This document shows, piece after piece, positions 16,661-34,540 of a stretch of DNA of 64,000 nt. Below the pieces are notes generated by a model. That model did not search any database, was not told the DNA's origin, and saw only the letters and a program-made list of their open reading frames with translations. Location: contig OZ024744.1 in NCBI GenBank assembly GCA_964016885.1, positions 15,252,001-15,316,000 on the forward strand, given 5' to 3'. Source of the DNA: Eledone cirrhosa. Taxonomy: Eukaryota. Each line of letters starts with the position of its first letter. Position 1 is the first letter of the stretch. The position numbers were made by a program, and so were the translations under genes.

Positions 16661-19660
16661 TATACACTCTCACACACACATATATACACTCTCTCACCCA
16701 CACATATACACTCTCTCTCACACATGCACTCTCTCTATCACACACACATATACACTCTCACAGACACACATATACACTCTCTCTCTCACACACATATACA
16801 CTCTCTCACACACACATATAAACTCTCTATCACACACATACACACTCTCTCACACACACATATACACTCTCACACACACACATATACACTCTCTCACACA
16901 CACATATACACTCACACACACACACATATACACTCATACACACAGATATACACTCTCTCTCACACACATATACACTCTCTCACACACACACATATATACA
17001 CTCTCTCTCACACACATATACACTCTCTCTCACACATATACACTCTCTCTCACACACATATACACTCTCTCACACACACACATATACACTCTCTCACACA
17101 CATATACACTCTCTCTCACACATATACACTCTCTCTCTCAAACATATACACTCTCTCACACACACACATATACACTCTCACACACACACATATACACTTT
17201 CTCACACACATATACACTCTCACACACACACATATACACTCTCTCACACACACATATACACTCTCTCTCTCACACATGCACTCTCTCTATCACTCACACA
17301 TATACACTCTCACAGACACACATATACACTCTCTCTCTCACACACATATACACTCTCTCACACACCCATATACACTCTCGCACACACACATATACACTGT
17401 CACACACACATATACACTCTCACACACACACATATACACTCTCTCTCACACACATATACACTCTCTCACACAGACACCTATACACTCTCACACACAGACA
17501 TATACACTCTCTCTCTCACACACATATACACTCTCTCACACACACATATACACTCTCTCGCACACACATATACACTCACACACACACACACACATACTCT
17601 CTCTCACACACACACATATACACTCTCTCACACACACATATACACTCCCTCACACACAGATATACACTCTCTCACACACACATATACACTCACACACACA
17701 CACTCTCACACACACACATATACACACCCTCTCTCACACACATATACACTCTCTCACACACACACATACACTCACTCACACACACACATATACTCTCTCA
17801 CACACACACATATACACTGTCTCACACACACATAACTCTCTCACACACACACATATACACTCTCACACACATACATATACACTCTCACACACACACATAT
17901 ACACTCTCACACACAGATACACTCTCTCACACATATAAACACTCTCTCACACACACACATATACACTCTCACACACACACACACATACACTCTCTCACAC
18001 ACATATACACTCGCTCACACACACACATATACACTCTCTCACACACACATATACACACACACATATACACTCTCTCACACACACATATACACTCTCACAC
18101 ACACATATACACTCTCTCACACACACATATACACTCTCTCTCACACACATATACACTCTCTCACACACACACATATACACTCTCACACACATACATATAC
18201 ACTCTCACACACACACATATACACTCTCTCACACACACATATATACACTCTCACACACACACATATACACTCTCTCACACATACATACACTCTCTCACAC
18301 ACATACACTCTCTCACACACACACATATACACCCTCACACACACACATATACACTCTCTCAGAGACACACATATACACTCTCTCACACACATATACACTC
18401 TCTCACACACACATATACACTCTCTCTCTCTCACACATGCACTCACTCTATCACACACACAGATACACTCTCACAGACACACATATACACTCTCTCTCAC
18501 ACATATACACTCTCTCACACACACATATACACTCTCTATCACACACATATACACTCTCTCACACACATATATACTCTCTCACACATATACACTCTCACAC
18601 ACACACAAATACACTCTCTCACACACACATATACACTCTCACACACACACACATATACACTCTCACACATACACATATACACTCTCACACACACACATAT
18701 ACACTCTCACACACACACATACACTCTGTAACACACACACATATACACTCTCACACCCACGCATATACACTCTCTCTCTCACACACATATACACTCTCTC
18801 ACACATATATACACTCTCTCACCCACACATATACACTCTCTCACACACACATATACACTCTCTCTCACACATGCACTCTCTCTATCACACACACATATAC
18901 ACTCTCACAGACACACATATACACTCTCTCTCTCACACACATATACACTCTCTCACACACACATATACACTCTCTATCACACAGATATACACTCTCTCAC
19001 ACACACATATACACTCTCTCACACACACATATATACTCTCTCACACACACATATACACTCTCACACACACACATATACACTCTCTCACCCACACATATAC
19101 ACTCTCTCTCACACATGCACTCTCTCTATCACACACACATATACACTCTCACAGACACACATATACACTCTCTCTCTCACACACATATACACTCTCTCAC
19201 ACACACATATAAACTCTCTATCACACACATATACACTCTCTCACACACACATATACACTCTCACACACACACATATACACTCTCTCACACACACATATAC
19301 ACTCACACACACACACATATACAGTCACACACACAGATATACACTCTCTCTCACACACATATACACTCTCTCACACACACACATATATACACTCTCTCTC
19401 ACACACATATACACTCTCTCTCACACATATACACTCTCTCTCACACACATATACACTCTCTCACACACACACATATACACTCTCTCACACACATATACAC
19501 TCTCTCTCACACATATACACTCTCTCTCTCACACATATACACTCTCTCACACACACACATATACACTCTCACACACACACATATACACTTTCTCACACAC
19601 ATATACACTCTCACACACACACATATACACTCTCTCACACACACATATACACTCTCTCTC
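14760..19660 (+). repeat. Overlapping tandem duplication, 2 x ~2.4-2.5 kb (~14760-17245 / ~17245-19660)
   Basis: Cassette ATG at 14793/17276 and ORFs 15512/17995 (offset 2483); 16482/18871 (offset 2389) after a ~90 bp net deletion. Confidence 0.85.
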
Positions 19661-22600
19661 TCACACACACACATACACTCTCACACACACATATATACTC
19701 TCACGCACACACATATACACTCTCTCACACACACACATATACACTCTCTCACACACATATACACTCTCTCTATCACACATATACACTCTCTCACACACAC
19801 ATATACACTCTCTCACACACACATATACACTCTCTCTCACACACACACATATACACTCTCTCACACACACACATATACACTCTCTCACACACACATATAC
19901 ACTCTCTCACACACACATATACACTCTCTCTCTCACACACATATACACTCTCTCACACACACACATATACACTCTCACACACACACATATACACTTTCTC
20001 ACACACATATACACTCTCACACACACACATATACACTCTCTCTCACACACATATACACTCTCTCTCACACGCATATACACTCTCTCACACACACACATAT
20101 ACACTCTCTCTCACACATATACACTCTCTCTCTCACACATATACACTCTCTCACACACACATATACACTCTCTCACACACACATATACACTCTCTCTCTC
20201 ACACACACATATACACTCTCTCACACACACACATATACACTCTCTCTCTCTCTCACACACATATACACTCTCTCACACACACACATATACACTCTCTCAC
20301 ACACACACACATATACACTCTCTCACACACACACATATACTCTCTCACACATACACACATATACACTCTCTCACACACATATACACTCTCACACACACAC
20401 ATATACACTCTCTCACACACACACACATACACTCTCTGAGACACACATATACACTCTCTCACACACACATATACACTCTCTCTATCACACACACATATCC
20501 ACTCTCACACACACACATATACAATCTCTCTCACACACATATACACTCTCTCACACACACACATATACACTCTCTCACACACACACATATACACTCTCAC
20601 ACACACACATATACACTCTCTCACACACATATACACTCTCACACACACACATATACACTCTCTCACACACACACATACACTCTCTCAGAGACACAGATAT
20701 ACACTCTCTCACACACACATATACACTCTCTCACACACACATATACTCTCTCACACGCACATATACTCTCTCACACACACACATATACACTCTCTCACAC
20801 ACACATAACTCTCTCACACACATATACACTCTCACCCACACACATATACACCTCACACACATACATATACACTCTCACACACACACATATACACTCTCTC
20901 TCTCACACACATATACACTCTCTCACACACACATATACACACTCACACACACATATACACTCTCTCACACACACATATACATTCTCTCTCACACACATAT
21001 ACACTCTCTCACACACACACATATACACTCTCACACACACACATATACACTCTCACACACACACATATACACTCTCTCACACACACATATATACACTCTC
21101 TCACACACACATACACTCTCTCACACACATACACTCTCTCACACACACACACATACACTCTCACACACACACATATACACTCTCTCAGAGACACCCATAT
21201 ACACTCTCTCACACACACATATACACTCTCTCACAGACACACATACACTCTCTCAGAGACACACATATACACTCTCTCACACACACATATACACTCTCTC
21301 ACACACACATATACACTCTCTCTCTAACACACACATATACACTCTCACACACATATATACTCTCTCACCCACACATATACACTCTCTCACACACACATAT
21401 ACACTCTGTCTCACACATGCACTCTCTCTATCACACACACATATACACTCTCACAGACACACATATACACTCTCTCTCTCACACACATATACACTCTCTC
21501 TACACACACATATACACACTCTCGCACACACATATACACTCTCTCACACACACATACACTCTCACACACACACATATACACTCTCTCACACACACATATA
21601 CACTCTCTCACACACACACATATACACTCTCTCACACATATATATACACTCTCTCACACACACATATACACTCTCTCTCTCACACATGCACTCTCTCTAT
21701 CACTCACACATATACACTCTCACAGACACACATATACACTCTCACTCTCACACACATATACACTCTCTCACACACCCATATACACTCTCTCACACATACA
21801 TATATACTCTCTCACACACACATATACACTCTCTCACACACACACATATACACTCTCTATCACACACATATACACTCTCTCACACACACATATACACTCT
21901 CTCACGCACACATATATACTCTCACACACACATATACACTCTCTCACACACACATATACACTCTCTCACACACACACATATACACTCTCTCACACACACA
22001 TATACACTCTCTCACACACACACATATACACTCTCTCACACATATATACACTCTCTCTCTCACACACACATATACACTCTCTCACACACACACATATACA
22101 CTCTCACACACACATATACACTCTCTCACACACACATATACACTCTCTCACATACACACATACACTCTCACACACATATACACTCTCTCTCACACACACA
22201 TATATACTCTCTCACACACACATATACACTCTCACACACACACATATACACTCTCTCACACACACATATACACTCACACACACACACATATACACTCACA
22301 CACACAGAGATATACCCTCTCTCTCACACACATATACACTCTCTCACATACACACACATATATACACTCTCTCTCACACACATATACACTCTCTCACACA
22401 CACACACATATATACACTCTCTTTAACACACATATACACTCTCTCTAACACACATATACACTCTCTCTCACACACATATACACTCTCTCACACACACACA
22501 TATACACTCTCTCACACACATATACACTCTCTCTCTCACACATATACACTCACGCACACAAACATATACACTCTCTCACACACACATATACACTCTCACA

Positions 22601-22864
22601 CACACATATATACTCTCACGCACACACATATACACTCTCTCACACACACACATATACACTCTCTCTCTCACACATATACACTCTCTCACACACACATATA
22701 CACTCTCTCACACACACATATACACTCTCACACACACACATATACACTCTCACACACATACATATACACTCTCACACACACACATATACACTCTCTCACA
22801 CACATATACACTCTCTCACACACACATATACACTCTCTCTGTCACACATGCACTCTCTCTATCA

Positions 22865-23285
22865 CACACACATATACACTCTCACACACACACATATACA
22901 CTTTCTCACACACATATACATTCTCACACACACTCATATACACTCTCTCACACACACATATACACTCTCACACACACACATATACACTCTCACACACATA
23001 CATATACACTCTCACACACACACATATACACTCTCTCTCTCACACATATACACTCTCTCACACACACATATACACTCTCTCACACACACATATACACTCT
23101 CACACACACACATATACACTCTCACACACACACATATACACTTTCTCACACACATATACACTCTCACACACACACATATACACTCTCTCACACACACATA
23201 TACACTCTCACACACACACATATACACTCTCACACACATACATATACACTCTCACACACACACATATACACTCTCTCTCTCACAC
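22865..23285 (+). repeat. Short duplication at 240 bp offset
   Basis: ctttctcaca at 22901 and 23141; the 60-bp lines beginning 22981 and 23221 are identical. Confidence 0.7.
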
Positions 23286-23959
23286 ACATATACACTCTCT
23301 CACACGCACATATACACTCTCTCTCACACACATATACACTCTCTCACACACACACATATACACTCTCACACACACACATATACACTCACACACACACACA
23401 TATACACTCTCTCACACACACATATATACACTCTGACACACACACATATACACTCTCTCACACACACATAACTCTCTCACACACACACATATACACTCTC
23501 ACTCACACACATATACACTCTCTCAGAGACACACATATACACTCTCTCACACACACATATACACTCTCGCACACACACACATACACTCTCTCAGAGACAC
23601 ACATATACACTCTCTCACACACACATATACACTCTCTCACACACACATATACACTCTCTCTCTCACACATGCACTCTCTCTATCACACACACAGATACAC
23701 TCTCACAGACACACATATACACTCTCTCTCTCTCACACATATACACTCTCTCACACACACATATACACTCTCTATCACACACATACATATACAATCTCAC
23801 ACACACACATATACACTCTCACACACACACATATACACTCTCTCACACACACATACACTCTCTAACACACACACATATAGACTCTCACACACACGCATAT
23901 ACACTCTCTCTCTTACACACATATACACTCTCTCACACATATATACACTCTCACGCACA

Positions 23960-24490
23960 CACATATACACTCTCTCTCACACATGCACTCTTTCTATCAC
24001 ACACACATATACACTCTCACAGACACACATATACACTCTCTCTCACACACATATACACTCTCTCACACACACATATACACTCTCTATCACACACATATAC
24101 ATTCTCTCACACACACATATACACTCTCTCACACACACATATATACTCTCTCACACACACATATACACTCTCACACACACACATATACACTCTCTCACCC
24201 ACACATATACACTCTCTCACACACACATATACACTGTCTCTCACACATGCACTCTTTCTATCACACACACATATACACTCTCACAGACACACATATACAC
24301 TCTCTCTCACACACATATACACTCTCTCACACACACATATACACTCTCTATCACACACATATACATTCTCTCACACACACATATACACTCTCTCACACAC
24401 ACATATATACTCTCTCACACACACATATACACTCTCACACACACACATATACACTCTCTCACCCACACATATACACTCTCTCTCACACAT
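23960..24490 (+). repeat. Tandem duplication, 2 x 264 bp (12 x 22 bp)
   Basis: catgcactctttctatc at 23983 and 24247, each followed by the same variants (ctatcac, acattctc, tatatactc, ctcaccc). Confidence 0.85.
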
Positions 24491-27075
24491 ATACACACTC
24501 TCACACACACATATACACTCTCTCACACACATATACACTCTCTCACACATACATATACACTCTCTCTCTCACACATGCACTCTTTCTATCACACACACAT
24601 ATACACTCTCACACACACACATATACACTTTCTCACACACATATACACTCTCACACACACACACATATACACTCTCTCACACACACACATATACACTCTC
24701 TCACACACACATATATACTCTCTCTCACACGCATATACACTCTCTCTCTCACAGACATATACACTCTCTATCACACACATATACACTCTCTCACGCACAC
24801 ATATATACTCTCTCACACACACATATACACTCTCTGACACACACATATACATTCTCTCACACACACACATATACACTCTCTCACACACACATTTACACTC
24901 TCTCACACACACACATATACACTCTCTCACACACATATATACACTCTCTCTCTCACACACACATATACACTCTCTCACACACACACATATACACTCTCAC
25001 ACACACATATACACTCTCTCACACACACATATACACTCTCTCACATACACACATATACACTCTCACACACATATACACTCTCTCTCACACACACATATAC
25101 ACTCTCTCACACACATATATACACTCTCACACACGCACACATATACACTCTCGTACACACACACATATACACTCTCACACACACACATATACAATCACTC
25201 TCTCACACACATATACACTCTCTCACACCCACACATATACACTCTCTCGCACACACATATACACTCTCACACCCACATATACACTCTCACACACACACAC
25301 ATACACTCTCTCACACACACACACATATACACTCTCTCACACACACATATGCACTCCCTCACACACACATATACACTCTCAGACACACACACATATACAC
25401 TCTCTCTCACACACATATACACTCTCTCACACACACACATATACACTCTTTCACACACACATATACACTCTCTCGCACACACATATACACTCACTCGCAC
25501 ACACATATACACTCTCTCACACAGACACATATACACTCTCTCACACACACATATACACTCTCTCACACACACATACACTCACTCACACACACACATATAC
25601 ACTCTCACACACACACATATACACTGTCTCACACACACATACACTCTCTAACACACACACATATACACTCTCACACACACATATACACGCTCTCTCTCAC
25701 ACACATATACACTCTCTCACACACACACATACACTCTCTCACACACACACACATACACTCTCACACACACACATATACACTCTCTAACACACACACACAT
25801 ATACACTCTCTTTCACACACATATACACTCTCTCTCACACACATATACACTCTCTCACACACACATATACACTCTCTATCACACACATATACATTCTCTC
25901 ACACACACATATACACTCTCTCACACACACATATATACTCTCTCACACACACATATACACTCTCACACACACACATATACACTCTCTCACCCACACATAT
26001 ACACTCTCTCACACACACATATACACTCTCTCTCACACATGCACTCTTTCTATCACACACACATATACACTCTCACAGACACACATATACACTCTCTCTC
26101 ACACACATATACACTCTCTCACACACACATATACACTCTCTATCACACACATATACATTCTCTCACACACACATATACACTCTCTCACACACACATATAT
26201 ACTCTCTCACACACACATATACACTCACACACACACATATACACTCTCTCACCCACACATATACACTCTCTCTCTCACACATATACACACTCTCACACAC
26301 ACATATACACTCTCTCACACACATATACACTCTCTCACACATACATATACACTCTCTCTCTCACACATGCACTCTTTCTATCACACACACATATACACTC
26401 TCACACACACACATATACACTTTCTCACACACATATACACTCTCACACACACACACATATACACTCTCTCACACACACACATATACACTCTCTCACACAC
26501 ACATATATACTCTCTCTCACACGCATATACACTCTCTCTCTCACAGACATATACACTCTCTATCACACACATATACACTCTCTCACGCACACATATATAC
26601 TCTCTCACACACACATATACACTCTCTGACACACACATATACATTCTCTCACACACACACATATACACTCTCTCACACACACATTTACACTCTCTCACAC
26701 ACACACATATACACTCTCTCACACACATATATACACTCTCTCTCTCACACACACATATACACTCTCTCACACACACACATATACACTCTCACACACACAT
26801 ATACACTCTCTCACACACACATATACACTCTCTCACATACACACATATACACTCTCACACACATATACACTCTCTCTCACACACACATATACACTCTCTC
26901 ACACACATATATACACTCTCACACACGCACACATATACACTCTCTCACACACACACATATACACTCTCACACACACACATATACAATCACTCTCTCACAC
27001 ACATATACACTCTCTCACACCCACACATATACACTCTCTCGCACACACATATACACTCTCACACCCACATATACA
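24040..27075 (+). repeat. Duplication at 1792 bp offset (~24040-25280 / ~25830-27075)
   Basis: Identical minus ORFs 24589..24984 and 26381..26776; ATG variants 24247/26039; shared ctctgac, catttac, acaatcactc. Confidence 0.88.
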
Positions 27076-29879
27076 CTCTCTCACATACGCAGATATACAC
27101 TCTCACACACACACATATACACTCTCTCTCTCACACACATATACACTCTCTCACACACATATACACTCTCACACACGCACACATATACACTCTCTCACAA
27201 ACACATATACACTCTCACACACACACATATACACTCACTCTCTCACACACATATACACTCTCTCACACCCCCACATATACACTCTCTCGCACACACATAT
27301 ACAATCTCACACCCACATATACACTCTCACACACACACACATATGCACTCCCTCACACACGCATATACACTCTCACACACACATATACACTCTCACACAC
27401 ACACATATACACTCTCTCTCACACACATATACACTCTCTCACACACACACATATACACTCTCACACACACACATATACACTCTCTCTCTCACACACATAT
27501 ACCCTCTCTCACACACACACATATACACTCTCTCACACACACATATACACTCCCTCACACACACATATACACTCTCTCACACACACATATACACTCTCAC
27601 ACACACACATATACACTCTCACACACGCATATACACACTCTCTCTCACACACATATACACTCTCTCACACACACATACACTCTCTCACACACACACACAT
27701 ACACTCTCACACACACACATATACACTCTCACACACACACATACACTCTCTAAGACACACACACATATACACTCTCACACACACATATACACTCTCTCTC
27801 TCACACATGCACTCTCTCTATCACACACACATATACACTCTCACACACACACATATACACTCTCTCACACACATATACACTCTCTCACACACACACATAT
27901 ACACTCTCACACACACACATATACACTTTCTCACACACATATACACTCTCACACACACACATATACACTCTCTCACACACACACATACACTCTCACAGAG
28001 ACACATATACACTCTCTCACACACACATATACACTCTCACACACACACATATACACTCTCTCACACACACATATACACGCGCGCACACACAGATACACTC
28101 TCTAACACACACACATATACACTCTCAAATACACACATATACACTCTCACACACACACATATACACTCTCTCACACACACATATACACTCTCACACACAT
28201 ATATAGACTCTCTCACAGACACATATACACTCTATCACACACACACATACACTCTCTAATACACACACACATATACACTCTCACACACACACATATACAC
28301 TCACACACTCACACACATATACACTCTCTCACACACACATATACACTCTCTCACACACACATATACACTCTCTCACAGACACACATATACACTCTCACAT
28401 ACACACACACACACATACTCTCTCTCACACACATATACCCTCTCTCACACACATATACACTCTCAAACACACACATATACACTCTCACACACACACATAT
28501 ACACTCCCTCACACACACATATGCACTCTCTCACACACACATATACACTCTCACACATACACATATGCACTCTCTCTCACAGACACATATACACTCTCTC
28601 ACACACATATACACTCTCTCACACATACATATACACTCTCTCTCTCACACATGTACTCTCTCTATCACACACACATATACACTCTCACACACACACATAT
28701 ACACTTTCTCACACACATATACACTCTCACACACACACACACATACTCTCTCTCACACACATATACCCTCTCACACACACACATATACACTTTCTCACAC
28801 ACACATATACACTCCCTCACACACAGATATACAATCTCTCACACACACATATACACTCTCACACACACACATATACACTCTCACACACACACATATACAC
28901 TCTCTCTCACACACATATACACTCTCTCACACACACATACACTCACTCACACACACACATATACACTCTCACACACACACATATACACTGTCTCACACAC
29001 ACATACACTCTCTAACACACACACACATATACACTCTCACACACACATATACACGCTCTCTCTCACACACATATACACTCTCTCACACACACACATACAC
29101 TCTCTCACACACACACACATACACTCTCACACACACACATATACACTCTCTAACACACACACACATATACACTCTCTTTCACACACATATACACTCTCTC
29201 TCACACACATTTACACTCTCTCACACACATATACACTCTCTCTCACACATATACACTCTCTCTCACACATATACACTCTCTCACACACGCATATACACTC
29301 TCTCACACACACATATACACTCTCTCTCTCTCACACACACATATACACTCTCTCACACACACACACATACACTCTCTCACACACACACATATACACTCTC
29401 TCACACACACACATATACACTCTCTCACACACACACATATACTCTCTCACACACACACATATACACTCTCACACACACACATATACACTCTCACACACAC
29501 ACATATACACTCTCTCACACACACACATACACTCTCTGAGACACACATATACACTCTCTCACACACACATATACACTCTCTCTATCACACACCAATATCC
29601 ACTCTCACACACACACATATACACTCTCTCTCACACACATATACACTCTCTCACACACACACATATACACTCTCACACACACACATATACACTCTCTCAC
29701 AACACACATATACACTCTCACACACACACATATACACTCTCTCACACACACACATACACTCTCTCAGAGACACAGATATACACTCTCTCTCACACACATA
29801 TACACTCTCTCACACACACATAAACTCTCTCACACACACATATACTCTATCACACACACACACATATACACTCTCTCAC

Positions 29880-32800
29880 ACACACATAACTCTCTCACAC
29901 ACACATATACACTCTCACACACACACATATACACTCTCACACACATACATATACACTCTCACACACACACATATACACTCTCTCACACATATATACACTC
30001 TCTCACACACACACATATACACTCGCACACACACACACACATACACTCTCTCACACACATATACACTCGCTCAGACACACACATATACACTCTCTCACAC
30101 ACATATACACACACTCACACACACATATACACTCTCTCACACACACATATACACTCTCACACACACACATATACACTCTCTCTCTCACACACATTTACAC
30201 TCTCTCACACACACATATACACTCTCACACACACATATACACTCTCTCACACACACATATACACTCTCTCTCACACACATTTACACTCTCTCACACACAC
30301 ATATACACTCTCTCACACACATATATACACTCTCTCTCTCACACACACATATACACTCTCTCACACACACACATATACACTCTCACACACACATATACAT
30401 TCTCTCACATACACACATATACACTCTCACACACATATACACTCTCTCTCACACACACATATACACTCTCTCACACACACATATACACTCTCACACACGC
30501 ACACATATACACTCTCTCACACACACACATATACACTCTCACACACACACATATACAATCACTCTCACACACACATATACACTCTCACACACACACATGC
30601 ACTCTCTCTATCACTCACACATATACACTCTCACAGACACACATATACACTCTCTCTCTCACACACATATACACTCTCTCACACACCCATATACAGTCTC
30701 TCACACACACATATACACTCTCTCTCTCACAGACATATACACTCTCTATCACACACATATACACTCTCTTACACGCACATATACACTCTCTCACACACAC
30801 ATATATACTCTCACACACACACATATACACTCTCTCACACACACATATACACTCTCTCTCACACACACATATACACTCTTTCACACACACACATATACAC
30901 TCTCTCACACACACATATACACTCTCACACACGCACACATATACAGTCTCTCACACACACATATACACTCTCACACACACACATATACACTCACTCTCTC
31001 ACACACATATACACTCTCTCACACCCACACATATACACTCTCTCGCACACACATATACAATCTCACACCCACACATACACTCTCACACACACACACATAC
31101 ACTCTCTCACACACACACACATATACACTCTCTCACACACACACATATGCACTCCCTCACACACACATATACACTCACACACACATATACTCTCACACAC
31201 ACACATATACACTCTCTCACACACACACATATACACTCCCTCACACACACATATACACTCTCACACACACATATACACTCTCACACACACACATGCACTC
31301 TCTCTATCACTCACACATATACACTCTCACAGACACACATATACACTCTCTCTCTCACACACATATACACTCTCTCACACACCCATATACAGTCTCTCAC
31401 ACACACATATACACTCTCTCTCTCTCACAGACATATACACTTTCTATCACACACATATACACTCTCTTACACACACATATACACTCTCACACACACACAT
31501 ATATACTCTCACACACACACATATACACTCTCTCACACACACATATACACTCTCTCACACACACACATATACACTCTTTCACACACACACATATACACTC
31601 TCTCACACACACACATATACACTCTCTCACACACATATATACACTCTCTCTCTCACACACACACATATACACACTCACACACACATATACACTCTCTCAC
31701 ACACACATATACACTCTCTCACATACACACATATACACTCTCACACACACACATATACACTCTCTCTCTCACACACATATACACTCTCTCACACACACAT
31801 ATACACTCTCACACACGCACACATATACACTCTCTCACACACACATATACACTTTCACACACACACATATACACTTACTCTCTCACACACATATACACTC
31901 TCTCACACCCACACATATACACTCTCTCGCACACACATATACAATCTCACACCCACATATACACTCTCACGCACACACACATACACTCTCTCACACACAC
32001 ACACATATACACTCTCTCACACACACACATATGCACTCCCTCACACACACATATACACTCTCACACACACATATACACTCTCACACACACACATATACAC
32101 TCTCTCTCACACACATATACACTCTCTCACACACACACATATACACTCCCTCACACACACATATACACTCTCACACACACATAGACACTCTCACACACAC
32201 ACATATACACTCTCACACACGCATATACACACTCTCTCTCACACACATATACACTCTCTCACACACACACATACACTCTCTCACACACACACACATACAC
32301 TCTCACACACACACATATACACTCTCACACACACACATACACTCTCTAAGACACACACACATATACACTCTCACACACACATATACACTCTCTCTCTCAC
32401 ACACATATACACTCTCTCACACACACACATATACACTCTCTCACACACATATACACTCTCACACACACACATATACACTCTCTCACATACACACATACAC
32501 TCTCTCAGAGACACATATACACTCTCTCACACACACATATACACTCTCACACACACACATATACACTCTCTCACACACACATATACATGCTCGCACACAC
32601 ATATACACTCTCTAACACACACACATATACACTCTCACACACACACATATACACTCTCACACACACACATATACACTCTCTCACACACACATATACACTC
32701 TCTCTATCACACACAAATATCCACTCTCACACACACACATATACACTCTCTCTCACACACATATACACTCTCTCACACACACACATATACACTCTCACAC

Positions 32801-34540
32801 ACACACATATACACTCTCTCACACACATATACACTCCCACACACACACATACACTCTCTCAGAGACACAGATATACATTCTCTCTCACACACATATACAC
32901 TCTCTCACACACACATATACTCTCTCACACACACATATACTCTCTCACACACACACATGTACACTCTCTCACACACACATAACTCTCTCACACACACATA
33001 TACACTCTCACACACACACATATACACTCTCACACACATACATATACACTCTCACACACACACATATACACTCTCTCACACATATATACACTCGCTCACA
33101 CACACACATATACACTCTCTCACACACATATACACACACTCACACACACATATACACTCTCTCACACACACATATACACTCTCACACACACACATATACA
33201 CTCTCTCTCTCACACACATTTACACTCTCTCACACACACATATACACTCTCACACACACATATACACTCTCTCACACACACATATACACTCTCTCTCACA
33301 CACATTTACACTCTCTCTCACACACACATATACACTCTCTCACACACATATATACACTCTCTCTCTCACACACACATATACACTCTCTCACACACACACA
33401 TATACACTCTCACACACACATATACATTCTCTCACATACACACATATACACTCCCACACACATATACACTCTCTCTCACACACACATATACACTCTCTCA
33501 CACACACATATACACTCTCAGACACGCACACATATACACTCTCTCACACACACACATATACACTCTCACACACACACATATACAATCACTCTCACACACA
33601 CATATACACTCTCACACACACACATGCACTCTCTCTATCACTCACACATATACACTCTCACAGACACACATATACACTCTCTCTCTCACACACATATACA
33701 CTCTCTCACACACCCATATACAGTCTCTCACACACACATATACACTCTCTCTCTCACAGACATATACACTCTCTATCACACACATATACACTCTCTTACA
33801 CGCACATATACACTCTCTCACACACACATATATACTCTCACACACACACATATACACTCTCTCACACACACATATACACTCTCTCACACACACACATATA
33901 CACTCTTTCACACACACACATATACACTCTCTCACACACACATATACACTCTCACACACGCACACATATACACTCTCTCACACACACATATACACTCTCA
34001 CACACACACATATACACTCACTCTCTCACACACATATACACTCTCTCACACCCACACATATACACTCTCTCGCACACACATATACAATCTCACACCCACA
34101 TATACACTCTCACACACACACACATACACTCTCTCACACACACACACATATACACTCTCTCACACACACACATATGCACTCCCTCACACACACATATACA
34201 CTCACACACACATATACACTCTCACACACACACATATACACTCTCTCACACACACACATATACACTCCCTCACACACACATATACACTCTCACACACACA
34301 TATACACTCTCACACACACACATGCACTCTCTCTATCACTCACACATATACACTCTCACAGACACACATATACACTCTCTCTCTCACACACATATACACT
34401 CTCTCACACACCCATATACAGTCTCTCACACACACATATACACTCTCTCTCTCACAGACATATACACTTTCTATCACACACATATACACTCTCTTACACA
34501 CACATATACACTCTCACACACACACATATATACTCTTTCA
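29880..34540 (+). repeat. Duplication at ~3.03 kb offset (~29880-31510 / ~32975-34540)
   Basis: ORF pairs 30597/33624, 30615/33642, 31147/34174 (offset 3027); catttac at 30192/33217. Confidence 0.85.

Noticed and set aside
1388-17940. TATA-box-like TATAAA variants (e.g. ~1388, 4949, 9062, 12627, 16817)
   Set aside because: These are single C>A variants of TATACA within the repeat, with no promoter context or downstream gene.
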